The notes under the pieces: model-generated | Told to the model about the DNA's origin: nothing | Seen by the model: only the letters and a program-made list of their open reading frames with translations | The model's database searches: none | Shown: piece after piece, positions 8,542-17,715 of the stretch | Numbering within the stretch: position 1 is the stretch's first letter | Layout: the number at the start of each line of letters is the position of its first letter | NCBI GenBank assembly: GCA_963744755.1 | Contig: CAVUUS010000003.1 | Span: forward strand, 537,678 to 601,677 | Length of the DNA: 64,000 nucleotides | Reading direction: 5' to 3' | Source: an uncultured Solirubrobacterales bacterium | GTDB lineage: Bacteria; Actinomycetota; Thermoleophilia; Solirubrobacterales; Solirubrobacteraceae | Program-made: the position numbers and the translations under genes

Positions 8542-11070
8542 TCAGCCGTGCTTGCCGGGCTTGGCGGGCTTGGCGACCAGATCGAACGCGGCGCCGAATG
8601 CTCCACTCAGCGCGGCCGCGTAGGTCGCCGACACATGATCGACGTCCCGATAGCTGATGAGGTTTCCCACCACCAGCGGACACTGGCTCTGGTAGCAGAA
8701 CCATCCGGTGGGGTCGATCAGGCCCACGCCGTCGGCCTCGGCCAGCTGCGCCACCACGCTGGTGAGGTTTGGCTCGCTCGGAGACAGCGTTTCCGTGCAC
8801 CCGTCCAGCTTCACATGCGGCACGAGCAGGCAGTCAACCGGCTGTCGGCCCCGCTCGGGAATGTCCGCCACGATCGCCACCCGCTTGGCCGCCTGCTTCA
8901 TCCCAAGCACCGCACGGCTCAGCGCTACTCCCAGAGCCTGATCGGTGGATGGGCTGTCCACGGCTTGACTTCGGAAGCTGTAGTGCCCGGCGATCAGGGC
9001 GACGTCCGGATGCAGCCGGCTACCTTCGCGCAAGGCCCAGCGGAACCATGTCGGACATTGGGCCGATCCCCTCGGCCACAACAGCGGCGTACAGGCGGAC
9101 TTCATGATCGGCACCACGGCCCAGCCGTCGCTCTGAGCGAACTTCAGGACCGCCGGCAACCACATCTCGGCGTGCGAATCGCCAAACAGGACAATCGTTC
9201 TGGAACTCGACGACGCGCCCAGCCGACAGATTTTCGACTGAGTCTGCCCGTCATGCGCGATGCAGTTAGCCGGCACGGTCGGCAGGTCGTTCAGAAGCTG
9301 ACCGACCGGAGGGTTGAGTACGGCGGGCATGCCACGACCGCTCGAGGCATTGTTGACCGCTTTGATCACGGCCGGCAAGACCTCGCCGCCGGTGTCGGAG
9401 GACGCCGTCCCGCTAGTTGGAAGCGGGACGGTGCCGGACTTGGGAGCCACCGCCAGCACCTGGGTCGGTATCCGCTCGGCGGCCAGGCGCTGCTTGGTCT
9501 CGCGATCGTTGATCGACGAGACGTACACCGTGGCGAGGATCAACACCGCCATCACCGAACCAACCCACGCCAGCACAGCCCCGCCTCGGCGCGTCCACTG
9601 AGCCGATCTGATCGGCCTCTCGAACAGTGCGTAGCTGACGACGGAGAGGGCGAACGCGGCCACCAGCAACAGCAGATTCTCCCCCACGGAGAGGTTGTGG
9701 CCGGCGTGCTGCGCCACGATCACCAGCACCGGCCAGTGCCAGAGGTAGAAGGCATAGGACCGGTCGCCCACGTAGCGCAGCGGTAGCACCCCGAGCACCC
9801 GGCCGGCGCTGAGCCGCGGTGTGGACGGCGCCAGTCCGGCCGCGATCAGAAGCGCCGCCCCGACGGTGGGCAGCAGCGCGGCATAACCCGGAAACTCGGT
9901 GGCCCCCGAGAAGGTCACCGCCGCGATCAGGATGCAGACCAGGCCGCCCCAGCCCATACCGGTACGCCAACCGGCCGAGAGTCCTGCCAGTCTCGATCCG
10001 CCCAGCGCGAGTGCGGCACCCAGGGCCAGCTCCCACACACGCGCCGGGGTGGAAAAGTAGGCCGCGGCCGGCTGGCGCGCTGTGTAGATGATCGACCAAG
10101 CAAGCGACGCCGCCGCAATTGCCACCACGAACAAGAAGACCCGACGAATGGCCCGCTCGCGGATCATTTTCGGGCGGGGAGCGTAGCGGCGGAAGGTCAG
10201 GCCGAGGACGATCACGAACAGCCCGGGCCAGACCACGTAGAACTGCTCCTCCACCGCTAGCGACCAGAAGTGCTGGAAGGGAGACGGCGGCTGACCCTGG
10301 GCGAAGTAGTTGGTGCCTTGAGCGGCGAAGTGGAAGTTCGCCGCAAAGAACACGCTGGAGATGCTGTCCTGCAGGTACTGCTTGGCGCGAACGATGTTCA
10401 GCAGGTGGTAGGCGGCGAGGTCGGTGACCAGCAACGTCAGTGTCGCCGCCGGCAGGATCCGGCGCGCGCGGCGCAGATAGAACTCGGCCAGCGACACGTA
10501 GCGCCGGCGGCGGGCCTCGGACAGGAGCAACCCGGTGATCAGGAAGCCCGACAGGACGAAGAAGACATCGACGCCGACGTAGCCACCCTTCAGGAAGCCC
10601 ACTCCGGCGTGGGCCAGGGCAACCACCAGCACCGCGACCGCTCGCAGGCCCTGGATGTCATCGCGATGCCGGGGATGAACCTCCTCCGCCCCGGCATCCG
10701 CGACGGCTCCACGCGGCGTCGGCTTCCGAGCGGGCGTCAGCTTCCGAGCGGGCGTCAGCTGCACCGACTCCGGAGCGGGAGGCGTCACGCTCGGCGGAGA
10801 GGCGCCCTCGAGTTGCTTCAGCGTGTCCAGCCGAGCGTCGAGCAGGGCGACGCGGGCCCGCAGGAAATCCCCCTCACCGCGAGCGCTCGAGCCGCCCCCG
10901 AGCGCGAGGAGCCGCTGGCGATCTCGCTCCGCTTGCTCCTCGATTGCGGCGATCAGATCCGCTCGGGCCGAAACGGCCTCGGCCGTCTGGCCCGTCTCCG
11001 CCGCCGCCAGGTACCTCTGCTCCTGCAGAATCAGCGACGGCGGGAAGCGCGCCGGACTCACCCTGGTCAC
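8542..11070 (-). CDS. acyltransferase family 3 (OafA-like) membrane protein with C-terminal SGNH domain and N-terminal coiled-coil extension
   Basis: IQGLRAVAVLVVALAHAG...GGYVGVDVFFVLSGFLIT motif, about 10 TM helices, and C-terminal VLFGDSHAEMW (SGNH block I). True start uncertain. Confidence 0.85.
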   Translation of the reverse strand: MTRVSPARFPPSLILQEQRYLAAAETGQTAEAVSARADLIAAIEEQAERDRQRLLALGGGSSARGEGDFLRARVALLDARLDTLKQLEGASPPSVTPPAPESVQLTPARKLTPARKPTPRGAVADAGAEEVHPRHRDDIQGLRAVAVLVVALAHAGVGFLKGGYVGVDVFFVLSGFLITGLLLSEARRRRYVSLAEFYLRRARRILPAATLTLLVTDLAAYHLLNIVRAKQYLQDSISSVFFAANFHFAAQGTNYFAQGQPPSPFQHFWSLAVEEQFYVVWPGLFVIVLGLTFRRYAPRPKMIRERAIRRVFLFVVAIAAASLAWSIIYTARQPAAAYFSTPARVWELALGAALALGGSRLAGLSAGWRTGMGWGGLVCILIAAVTFSGATEFPGYAALLPTVGAALLIAAGLAPSTPRLSAGRVLGVLPLRYVGDRSYAFYLWHWPVLVIVAQHAGHNLSVGENLLLLVAAFALSVVSYALFERPIRSAQWTRRGGAVLAWVGSVMAVLILATVYVSSINDRETKQRLAAERIPTQVLAVAPKSGTVPLPTSGTASSDTGGEVLPAVIKAVNNASSGRGMPAVLNPPVGQLLNDLPTVPANCIAHDGQTQSKICRLGASSSSRTIVLFGDSHAEMWLPAVLKFAQSDGWAVVPIMKSACTPLLWPRGSAQCPTWFRWALREGSRLHPDVALIAGHYSFRSQAVDSPSTDQALGVALSRAVLGMKQAAKRVAIVADIPERGRQPVDCLLVPHVKLDGCTETLSPSEPNLTSVVAQLAEADGVGLIDPTGWFCYQSQCPLVVGNLISYRDVDHVSATYAAALSGAFGAAFDLVAKPAKPGKHG
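10723..10758. repeat. tandem repeat, 2 x 18 bp (cttccgagcgggcgtcag)
   Basis: Read directly. It encodes LTPARK x2 in the N-terminal extension of the acyltransferase. Confidence 0.9.
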
Positions 11071-11165
11071 CGATTTACCCTACATTCGCGGCCGTCTCGC
11101 GCCGTCTGGATGCGCTTGGGGCTTTGCCAGCTAGCGCGCACTTGGGGTGATGGTACTAGCCATCG

Positions 11166-11741
11166 GTGGTTGGGCTGGCCTCGATCCGGAGCGCAGATCG
11201 GCGAGCGCCCACAGGCCTGGCGCCGGCGCTGGCGCTCGATCGAGCCCCGTGCCACCATTGCCGAGAATGCGCGAGTATCGGAACCGGCTTGCCTGAGCAC
11301 TACCAGCGCCCGGGGTGGTTCACCACCAACGTCTTCAATCGCGTGGTGGCGGGGCTGACGCGCCTGGGCGTCAGCGTCTACGGCTCCCGCGTGCTCGAGG
11401 TGCAGGGCCGCAAATCGGGCGAGTGGAGGCAGACCCCGGTGAACCTCCTGCGCCATGAGCAGACGGACTTCCTGGTGGCAGCGCGCGGCCAGACGCACTG
11501 GGTGAGAAACCTGAGGGCGAGCGGTCAAGGCAGGTTGCGCGTCGGGAGGCGTACTCAGCCGTTCACTGCGGTCGAGCTCACGGACGACGAGAAGCCGCCG
11601 GTGTTGAGGGCCTATCTGCGCAAGTGGAAGTTCGAGGTCGGAGCCTTCTTTGCCGGTGTCGGGCCCGACGCCTCCGACGAGGAGCTGCGCCGGGTCGCCC
11701 CGGATCATCCGGTCTTCCGGATAACCGTGAGTGCTACATAA
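11166..11741 (+). CDS. deazaflavin (F420)-dependent nitroreductase family (DDN-like) protein
   Basis: NRVVAGLTRLGVSVYGSRVLEVQGRKSGEWRQTPVNLL...VAARGQTHWVRNLRASG matches the DDN/PNPOx-like split-barrel family. True start is probably downstream of 11166. Confidence 0.7.
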   Translation: MVGLASIRSADRRAPTGLAPALALDRAPCHHCRECASIGTGLPEHYQRPGWFTTNVFNRVVAGLTRLGVSVYGSRVLEVQGRKSGEWRQTPVNLLRHEQTDFLVAARGQTHWVRNLRASGQGRLRVGRRTQPFTAVELTDDEKPPVLRAYLRKWKFEVGAFFAGVGPDASDEELRRVAPDHPVFRITVSAT

Positions 11742-11769
11742 CCCGGACATAGTGCGGGCTATGTAGCAC
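11731..11769. repeat. 39-nt palindromic element, copy 1 (GTGCTACATAACCCG-9 nt-CGGGCTATGTAGCAC)
   Basis: 15-bp arms with 14/15 pairing. The TAA stop of the DDN-like gene lies inside the left arm. 34/39 nt identical to the copy at 48512-48550. Confidence 0.9.
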
Positions 11770-11780
11770 GCTCCGGTCCC

Positions 11781-11852
11781 GGCGACCGGTCTCGTCAGTA
11801 GGGCTGGCTGGGGAATCCTGGCGACCGGTCTCGTCAGTAGGGCTGGCTGGGC
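11781..11852. repeat. direct duplication, 2 x 32 nt identical with 39-bp period, covering the 3' end and stop codon of the GH6-like gene
   Basis: ggcgaccggtctcgtcagtagggctggctggg occurs at 11781 and at 11820. Confidence 0.95.
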
Positions 11853-13081
11853 CCTGGACCGAGTCGGTTGTTGGCGTGTGCCGCGAGGTCGATCGCCCGT
11901 GCCGTCCAGAAGGTGCCGGTCGCGGTGCCGCCGCGGCACGGGCCGCTGCTGTTGCCGGGGACGCTGGTCCACAGGAACGCGTCGACGCGGGGCAAGCCGG
12001 TATGCGTTGTGGGTAGTGGGCCGGCGCCGCGACCGGGTGGGTTGCAGAGGTCTTCGTTGCCTTGTGTGGAGGGGTGTGGATTGCGCTTCGGACCGTTGCC
12101 GTTGGTGGCGGTGTTGACGATGAAGTGCGCACCATGGGTATGACGCGAGATCTGCGTTGCCCAGCGGATCTCATTGATCGTCCAGTTGTTGTGGGTGCCG
12201 TTGGTCCAGAACCCGCGGATCCGGCCGATGTCGACGTGGTTGAGCGCCCGCCAGGTGTAGGCGGGGGAGTTGGCGTCGGAGTAGCCGCCCTCGACGTAGG
12301 CGACGACGTGTGGCAGGGTGGCGACGCGGTCGACCTCGTAGCGGACGAGCGCCTCCCACATGCCGAGATCGCCGTGCTTGGCCATGCAGCCGGAGGAGCC
12401 GAACGCGTCGGTCTCGAGCAACAGCACGGCGGGGCGGTTGCCGATGCCGGCGACGAACTCGTTGACACGCCGGCGGAACGCTGGTGTCGCTGCGTTCATT
12501 TCCGCTGGGGTTGCGCAGCCGCCGAGCGCGGGGTGCAGGAAGTAGGTGCTGACCACTGGAATCGAGCCAGGGTCGGCGGTGAAGTTTCCGCAGAAGAGCT
12601 TCTGGGTCTGCTTGTAGACCGCTCCGGGTCCGCCGCCCATCGCGAAGCCGAAGAGCCGATTGGTCTCAGGCTGGTCGGCAATCTTCTCGAGCATGCGGAT
12701 CTTCCACGCGACACTGCCCGAGGCGGTGAGGGCGCGGCGCGCGACGAAGCTGCGGAATGAGCCCCACGAGTCTCCGTCGACGAAACTGGGCAGCTGGGAG
12801 TGAACCGGGGCGGATGCGTCGATGCCGAGCAGCCGCGCGATCGCGCCGGCAGCGCTGCCGTGCTTGGGGCCATCGACGAAGAAGCGCGCGCCCGAGAGCG
12901 GGTCGGCGCCCGGCGCTGCCGGGAGCATCAGCGGGTTGCTCGGGTCGCGCTGAGCCGAATAGCGATCCTGGCACTGGGCCGTGGAGGCGTCTGCGGGCGA
13001 GGGCAGAAAGGCGATGGTCAGCAGGCACAGCATTGCCGCGAGGATCGCCTTGCGGCAAGCGGGCATGGAGATGAAGTTCAT
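11834..13081 (-). CDS. secreted glycoside hydrolase family 6-like protein
   Basis: Signal peptide. Motif series LLLETDAFG / YVEGGYSDA / GFWTNGTHNNW / FIVNTATNGNGP / DAFLWTSVPGNSSG parallels GH6 blocks (EPD.L, D.GH.GW, GF.TN.SN, .D..RNG, D..LW.K.PGESDG). The N-terminal RDC-type block is not evident. Confidence 0.6.
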   Translation of the reverse strand: MNFISMPACRKAILAAMLCLLTIAFLPSPADASTAQCQDRYSAQRDPSNPLMLPAAPGADPLSGARFFVDGPKHGSAAGAIARLLGIDASAPVHSQLPSFVDGDSWGSFRSFVARRALTASGSVAWKIRMLEKIADQPETNRLFGFAMGGGPGAVYKQTQKLFCGNFTADPGSIPVVSTYFLHPALGGCATPAEMNAATPAFRRRVNEFVAGIGNRPAVLLLETDAFGSSGCMAKHGDLGMWEALVRYEVDRVATLPHVVAYVEGGYSDANSPAYTWRALNHVDIGRIRGFWTNGTHNNWTINEIRWATQISRHTHGAHFIVNTATNGNGPKRNPHPSTQGNEDLCNPPGRGAGPLPTTHTGLPRVDAFLWTSVPGNSSGPCRGGTATGTFWTARAIDLAAHANNRLGPGPSQPY

Positions 13082-13374
13082 AGGAGAGTTCCGGGGTCGG
13101 GGGTGGACGGGGACGTCCGACAGCAGCGGTTGACACGCGTGCGGGGGCTCACCCGTGCCAGGCCGGTTCTTTGCGTAGCTGCTCCGTGAGCGGGTCAGGT
13201 GCCGCGAGGCGAAGTAGCCAGACGCCCGAGAGGGCGCTCATAGTCCTTCTCGGCCGAAGAACCCACCGCCTTAGGAAAAGGTGCGCCGACTCGACACCTG
13301 TTGCGCAACGTCAGGAGCCCCCGGGTGTTCTCTAGACAGGTGGACCACGACCAACACAGATCGGGCGCCGCCGG

Positions 13375-15294
13375 GTGTTGAGGGCTGCCGTCCCCAGCGC
13401 CCGTCGGGGCGGTTTGGTCCTGATCGCCTTCGTGCTGGCGTTCGTGGCGGCCGGCGCGGCGACCGCGCAGGCCCAGAGCTACAGCCCGGCGCCGCCGACG
13501 AAGGGCGCGCTCTACACAGATGGTCAGGCGAATCGGTACCTGCTCGGCGGGGCCTGGCTGTACCGCCCGGACCTGTCCGACGCGGGCCTCACCCAGGGCT
13601 GGTGGCGCGATCAGGCCGCGACCACCGGATGGTCGCCGACCACCGTCCCGAACTCATACAACACGGGCGATTTCTCGACCGCCAGCCAGAACGGCTACGT
13701 CGGCTGGTACCGGCGGGACTTCACGCTGCCGCGCGCGGCCTTTCCCAAGTCCGCGCCGGCCCGCTTCCAGCACTGGATCCTCCGCTTCGACTCGGTCAAC
13801 TACAGCGCGGACGTGTGGCTGAACGGCTACAAGCTCGGTAGCCACGCCGGGGCATACCTGCCGTTCGAGTTCGACATGAGCCACCTGCGCGCCGGCGTCA
13901 ACCGGCTAGTGGTGAGGGTCGACAACCGGCGCACGAAGCTGGACGTCCCCTCCGGGAACGGGGGCTGGTGGAACTTCGGAGGGTTGCTCGGCGAGGTCTA
14001 CCTCCGCGCGGTCACGCGCGTCGACGTGGCCCAGGTCCAGGTCAGGCCGATCCTTTCCTGCTCACGATGCGCGGCGACGATCGCCGCCCAGGCCGACCTG
14101 CGCAACCTCACGCGCTCGCGCCAGACGGTTCGGCTCAAGGGCGCGTACGGCAAAACGTCGGTCGACTTTGGATCGGTCACGATCGCCCCGCTCGGAACCT
14201 CGGTCGTGCGCACCAGCGCCCGCATCGCCCACCCGCGGCTGTGGTCGATCGACCACCCAACCCTCTACCGAGCCACACTGACTCTGCGCGATTCGGCCGG
14301 ACGGCGGATCGGGGGCTACGTCACCGAGAGCGGAATCCGCCGCATCACCGTCACCTCCGACGGACGTCTCGCGCTGAACGGACGGCTGCTCGACCTCCGC
14401 GGAGTCAGCATGCACGAGCAGAATTTAGTCGAGGGGGCCGCCCTGGACCCCGCGCATGACCGCCAGCTGATCGGCTGGGTGAGGTCACTCGGCGCGACGA
14501 TCATCAGGGCCCATTATCCGCTCAACCCGGAGCTGGAGGAGCTCGCTGACCGCAACGGCATCCTGCTGTGGTCGGAGATACCGGTCTGGCGGGTGAGCAG
14601 TCAGTACCTCGGCCAACCGGCGTTCCTGGCCAACGCGATGAAGATGCTGAAGGACAACATCCTCACCAATCAGAATCACCCCTCCGTGCTGCTGTGGAGT
14701 GTCGGCAACGAGTTGCCGCCGCCCGACCGCACTATCGCGGCCTACATCAAGCTGGCCGCCGCCACTGCGCGTGCGCTCGACCCGACTCGACCTGTCGCCA
14801 TGAGCGGAATCGATGCACGCTGCCACACGGCCTACGCTCCGCTGAGCGTGGTCGGATGGAACGAGTACTTCGGCTATTTCGCCGCCGGCGGCGGCGCCAC
14901 CGACGATCGCGACGCCCTCAGCGGTGCGCTCGACGCCGTGCGCGCCTGCAATCAGACCAGGGCTGTGATGGTCACGGAGTTCGGATTCGACGGAAACCGG
15001 ACCGGACCCGTCGAGCAGCGCGGCACCTACGCGTTCGAGTCCGACTCCCTGGCCTTCCACCTGGCGGTGATGGCCAGCAAGCCGTGGCTCTCGGGCGCGA
15101 TCACCTGGATCCTGCAGGATTTCGCCGCCTGGCCGGGATGGGCCGGCGGCAACCCCCTGGGCACGCCGCCGTTCGTGGCCAAGGGGCTCGTCGACCTCAA
15201 CGGCAACCTGAAACCCGCCTTCGCGGTCGTCGCCTCGATCTACCACGCCGTCCGGCAGATCGGCGCAGCCGGAAGCGCCGGGCCCGGCAGCTGA
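13375..15294 (+). CDS. secreted glycoside hydrolase family 2 protein
   Basis: Signal peptide. GH2 sugar-binding-like N-terminus. WSVGNE (acid/base) and VTEFGF (nucleophile) motifs. Confidence 0.85.
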   Translation: MLRAAVPSARRGGLVLIAFVLAFVAAGAATAQAQSYSPAPPTKGALYTDGQANRYLLGGAWLYRPDLSDAGLTQGWWRDQAATTGWSPTTVPNSYNTGDFSTASQNGYVGWYRRDFTLPRAAFPKSAPARFQHWILRFDSVNYSADVWLNGYKLGSHAGAYLPFEFDMSHLRAGVNRLVVRVDNRRTKLDVPSGNGGWWNFGGLLGEVYLRAVTRVDVAQVQVRPILSCSRCAATIAAQADLRNLTRSRQTVRLKGAYGKTSVDFGSVTIAPLGTSVVRTSARIAHPRLWSIDHPTLYRATLTLRDSAGRRIGGYVTESGIRRITVTSDGRLALNGRLLDLRGVSMHEQNLVEGAALDPAHDRQLIGWVRSLGATIIRAHYPLNPELEELADRNGILLWSEIPVWRVSSQYLGQPAFLANAMKMLKDNILTNQNHPSVLLWSVGNELPPPDRTIAAYIKLAAATARALDPTRPVAMSGIDARCHTAYAPLSVVGWNEYFGYFAAGGGATDDRDALSGALDAVRACNQTRAVMVTEFGFDGNRTGPVEQRGTYAFESDSLAFHLAVMASKPWLSGAITWILQDFAAWPGWAGGNPLGTPPFVAKGLVDLNGNLKPAFAVVASIYHAVRQIGAAGSAGPGS

Positions 15295-15301
15295 CCAAGC
15301 G

Positions 15302-16894
15302 CTACGGCGCCGGGACCTGCTGCTTTTCCAGCAGGAAGATGTGCGGGTGAGTGCTGTAGCCCGGAAGCACTCTGAGAATCTGGTTGGGCCGGAGACGGAC
15401 CGGAGTCGAAGCCTTCAGGCGAGTGAGCACGAAGGGCCCGCGGGTCACCGCTCCGACGTCGGTGAATCCGGCCAGCTCAGGCGGCTTATTGAAGTGCATG
15501 CGATGCAGCCCGCACAGGGCACCCCACCAGCAATGGAACACGTAGTGGGCCTGGTTGGCGGTGATGATGTCGAGCTCGCGAATCCGCTCAGGCTTGCGCG
15601 AGGACATTCTGACCAGGTACGGCTTGTACAGGCTGACGGGATACGGCGAGCCGTAGCGCAGGAGCAGAACCACTCGCGCGCCCGGTGTCCCCGGCGCCAG
15701 CGGCGCTCCGATGGCTTTGGTCACCGGGCGCCAGTCCGGGCGCTGCAGCCAGGGCCTGGCATCGATGTAGACGGTGCCGGCGATCCCCACCGCGCACAGA
15801 CCAGCCGCGGCGAGCAGGCCAAGACGCCCGAAGGCCGGCGTGGCCAGCCCGACGGCGACCACCACCGCGAGCGGGACCCAGAGCTCGAGTAGGTTGCGCG
15901 TGTTGGCCAGCTGGCTTCCGGCTGCCTCGACGATCATGATCAGCACGAAGCCGGTGACCACGATCCCGCCCATGCGCAGGGCACCCAATTTGTGCTCGCG
16001 CTGACCTCGGCGGATCAGCACGACCACGGCCACGATGGCCGTCGCGACCGCTACCAGGAAGATGATCGTGTAGCGGGGCAGGGCAAACCCGACCACGAAC
16101 TGCTCGCCGAGCTGGTGCAGACGGACCTTCAGCGGCGCTTGAGCGATCCACAGGGTGAACTTGCTCTGCTTGTGGGCCAGCGGGATCAGCGCCACCCCGA
16201 CGGCGCCCGCGGCGCCCACGCCGACCCAGGCCGACACCGTGCGACGGTGAGTCCACAGCAGCCAGCACGCCTCCGGGACCACGACCGCCGCCGCGAAGTA
16301 GTGAGCCAGCATGGCCAGGGCGGCGCTGATCGCCCACAAGCCAAACCGCCGTGGCGTCGGTTGCACGCGCGCCTGCTCGAAGGCGAGCAACGTCAGCGCG
16401 GAGAGCGCGACCAGCATCGAGTACGGCCGGGCCTCCTGGGAGTACCAGACGAGCAGTGAGCTCGATGCGGTCAGCGCGGCCGCGATCAGGCCCGCGCGGG
16501 TCGAGGCGACTCGCCGGCCGAGCGCATAAGCGACCGGAACCGCCGCCACGCCCATCACCGCGGAGAGAGACCGAACGCCGAACTCGCCGAAGCCGAACAC
16601 ACGGGCCCAGGCCCAGGCGATCGCGTAGTACAGCGGTGGGGTCGACTCCCGGTGCGGCAGCGCGGACATCGATGCCCAGAACGACTTGTGCAGGACCGAC
16701 AGCGTGATGCCCTCGTCCAGCCAGTAGCCCTGGTGGCCGAGGAAGACGAAGCGGAGCGCGGCCGCGGCCACGACGATCGCGGCCAAGGCGAGGCCGGGCC
16801 GATCGATCGCGCGAGTCGCGCTCGCGCGCCGCTCGCGAGCCGGCGCCTCGACGCGCGTTTTCTCCGGCGACAAGCTCACAGAGCCTTCGGTCAT
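15302..16894 (-). CDS. GT39/ArnT-like (PMT_2) membrane glycosyltransferase
   Basis: Polytopic membrane protein with an N-terminal YWLDEG motif loop and a soluble C-terminal domain, as in dolichyl-phosphate-mannose-type transferases. Confidence 0.75.
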   Translation of the reverse strand: MTEGSVSLSPEKTRVEAPARERRASATRAIDRPGLALAAIVVAAAALRFVFLGHQGYWLDEGITLSVLHKSFWASMSALPHRESTPPLYYAIAWAWARVFGFGEFGVRSLSAVMGVAAVPVAYALGRRVASTRAGLIAAALTASSSLLVWYSQEARPYSMLVALSALTLLAFEQARVQPTPRRFGLWAISAALAMLAHYFAAAVVVPEACWLLWTHRRTVSAWVGVGAAGAVGVALIPLAHKQSKFTLWIAQAPLKVRLHQLGEQFVVGFALPRYTIIFLVAVATAIVAVVVLIRRGQREHKLGALRMGGIVVTGFVLIMIVEAAGSQLANTRNLLELWVPLAVVVAVGLATPAFGRLGLLAAAGLCAVGIAGTVYIDARPWLQRPDWRPVTKAIGAPLAPGTPGARVVLLLRYGSPYPVSLYKPYLVRMSSRKPERIRELDIITANQAHYVFHCWWGALCGLHRMHFNKPPELAGFTDVGAVTRGPFVLTRLKASTPVRLRPNQILRVLPGYSTHPHIFLLEKQQVPAP

Positions 16895-17043
16895 GCCAGC
16901 ACGAAACCTGAGGTCGGGTGATTGGTCATCGGCTATCCGTACTCGTTCGGCGGCCGCACCACGCTCGCCGAACCCTCGGACACAGATCGTGGCGCACGCC
17001 CTTCAAAGCCACACTGTCCCACCCAGCGCGGCGGCGGCGAAGT

Positions 17044-17670
17044 CTACCCGCTGCTCGCCAGGGACCGTGAATCCGGCCGAGCCTCGCCGCTGTACTGCTC
17101 GTTGGGCAGCATGTTGGTGGCCATCGCCATCCGATTGGTGAGGTTGTACATCGCGGTGATCTCGGCGACGTCCCAGGCTTCCTCGAGGGTCAGGCCGATG
17201 TCGAGCAGGGTCTGGAGGTCGGCCCGCGTGACCTCCCGCGGGCGCAGGGTCAGTTTCTCGGCGTAGGCGCAGATCGTGCTCTGTCGCAGATCGAGCCCGG
17301 CCCGGCGCCAGTCGTACGACACCCGTTCGCCGAGCACGGGGTCACCGAGCTCCCTGCGCAGGTCGGCCCCGTGGGCGATCAGGCAGTACAGGCAGCCGTT
17401 GGCTGCGCTTACCACGACCGCGATCATCTCGCGATCGGCGGCGCCAAGCTGCTCGCTTGGCTGATGGAGCTGGCGGTAGTGAGCGAACCATGCGCTCAGC
17501 CGCTGCGGACGAAAGGAATACACGCGAAACACATTCGGCACGAACCCGAGCCGCTCGCGAGCCTTGGCGAAGAGTCCTCGTAGATCCGAGGGCAGGTCCG
17601 CCTCGCTCGGAACCGGAAACCAGGAGCCCGTGTCACGGGCGGGGTTGGTCGTCTTGTCGGTGTGGGACAT
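17044..17670 (-). CDS. carboxymuconolactone decarboxylase/AhpD-like peroxidase-related enzyme
   Basis: CLYCLIAH (CxxC...H) motif. Internal ATG at 17670 is preceded by gggagg. The longer ORF to 18441 overlaps the opposite-strand DapA-like gene and is Arg/Gly-rich. Confidence 0.8.
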   Translation of the reverse strand: MSHTDKTTNPARDTGSWFPVPSEADLPSDLRGLFAKARERLGFVPNVFRVYSFRPQRLSAWFAHYRQLHQPSEQLGAADREMIAVVVSAANGCLYCLIAHGADLRRELGDPVLGERVSYDWRRAGLDLRQSTICAYAEKLTLRPREVTRADLQTLLDIGLTLEEAWDVAEITAMYNLTNRMAMATNMLPNEQYSGEARPDSRSLASSG

Positions 17671-17715
17671 GCCGTTTGTTTGCCTCCCGAAGTTGGTTCG
17701 TGACACGATGCCAGG

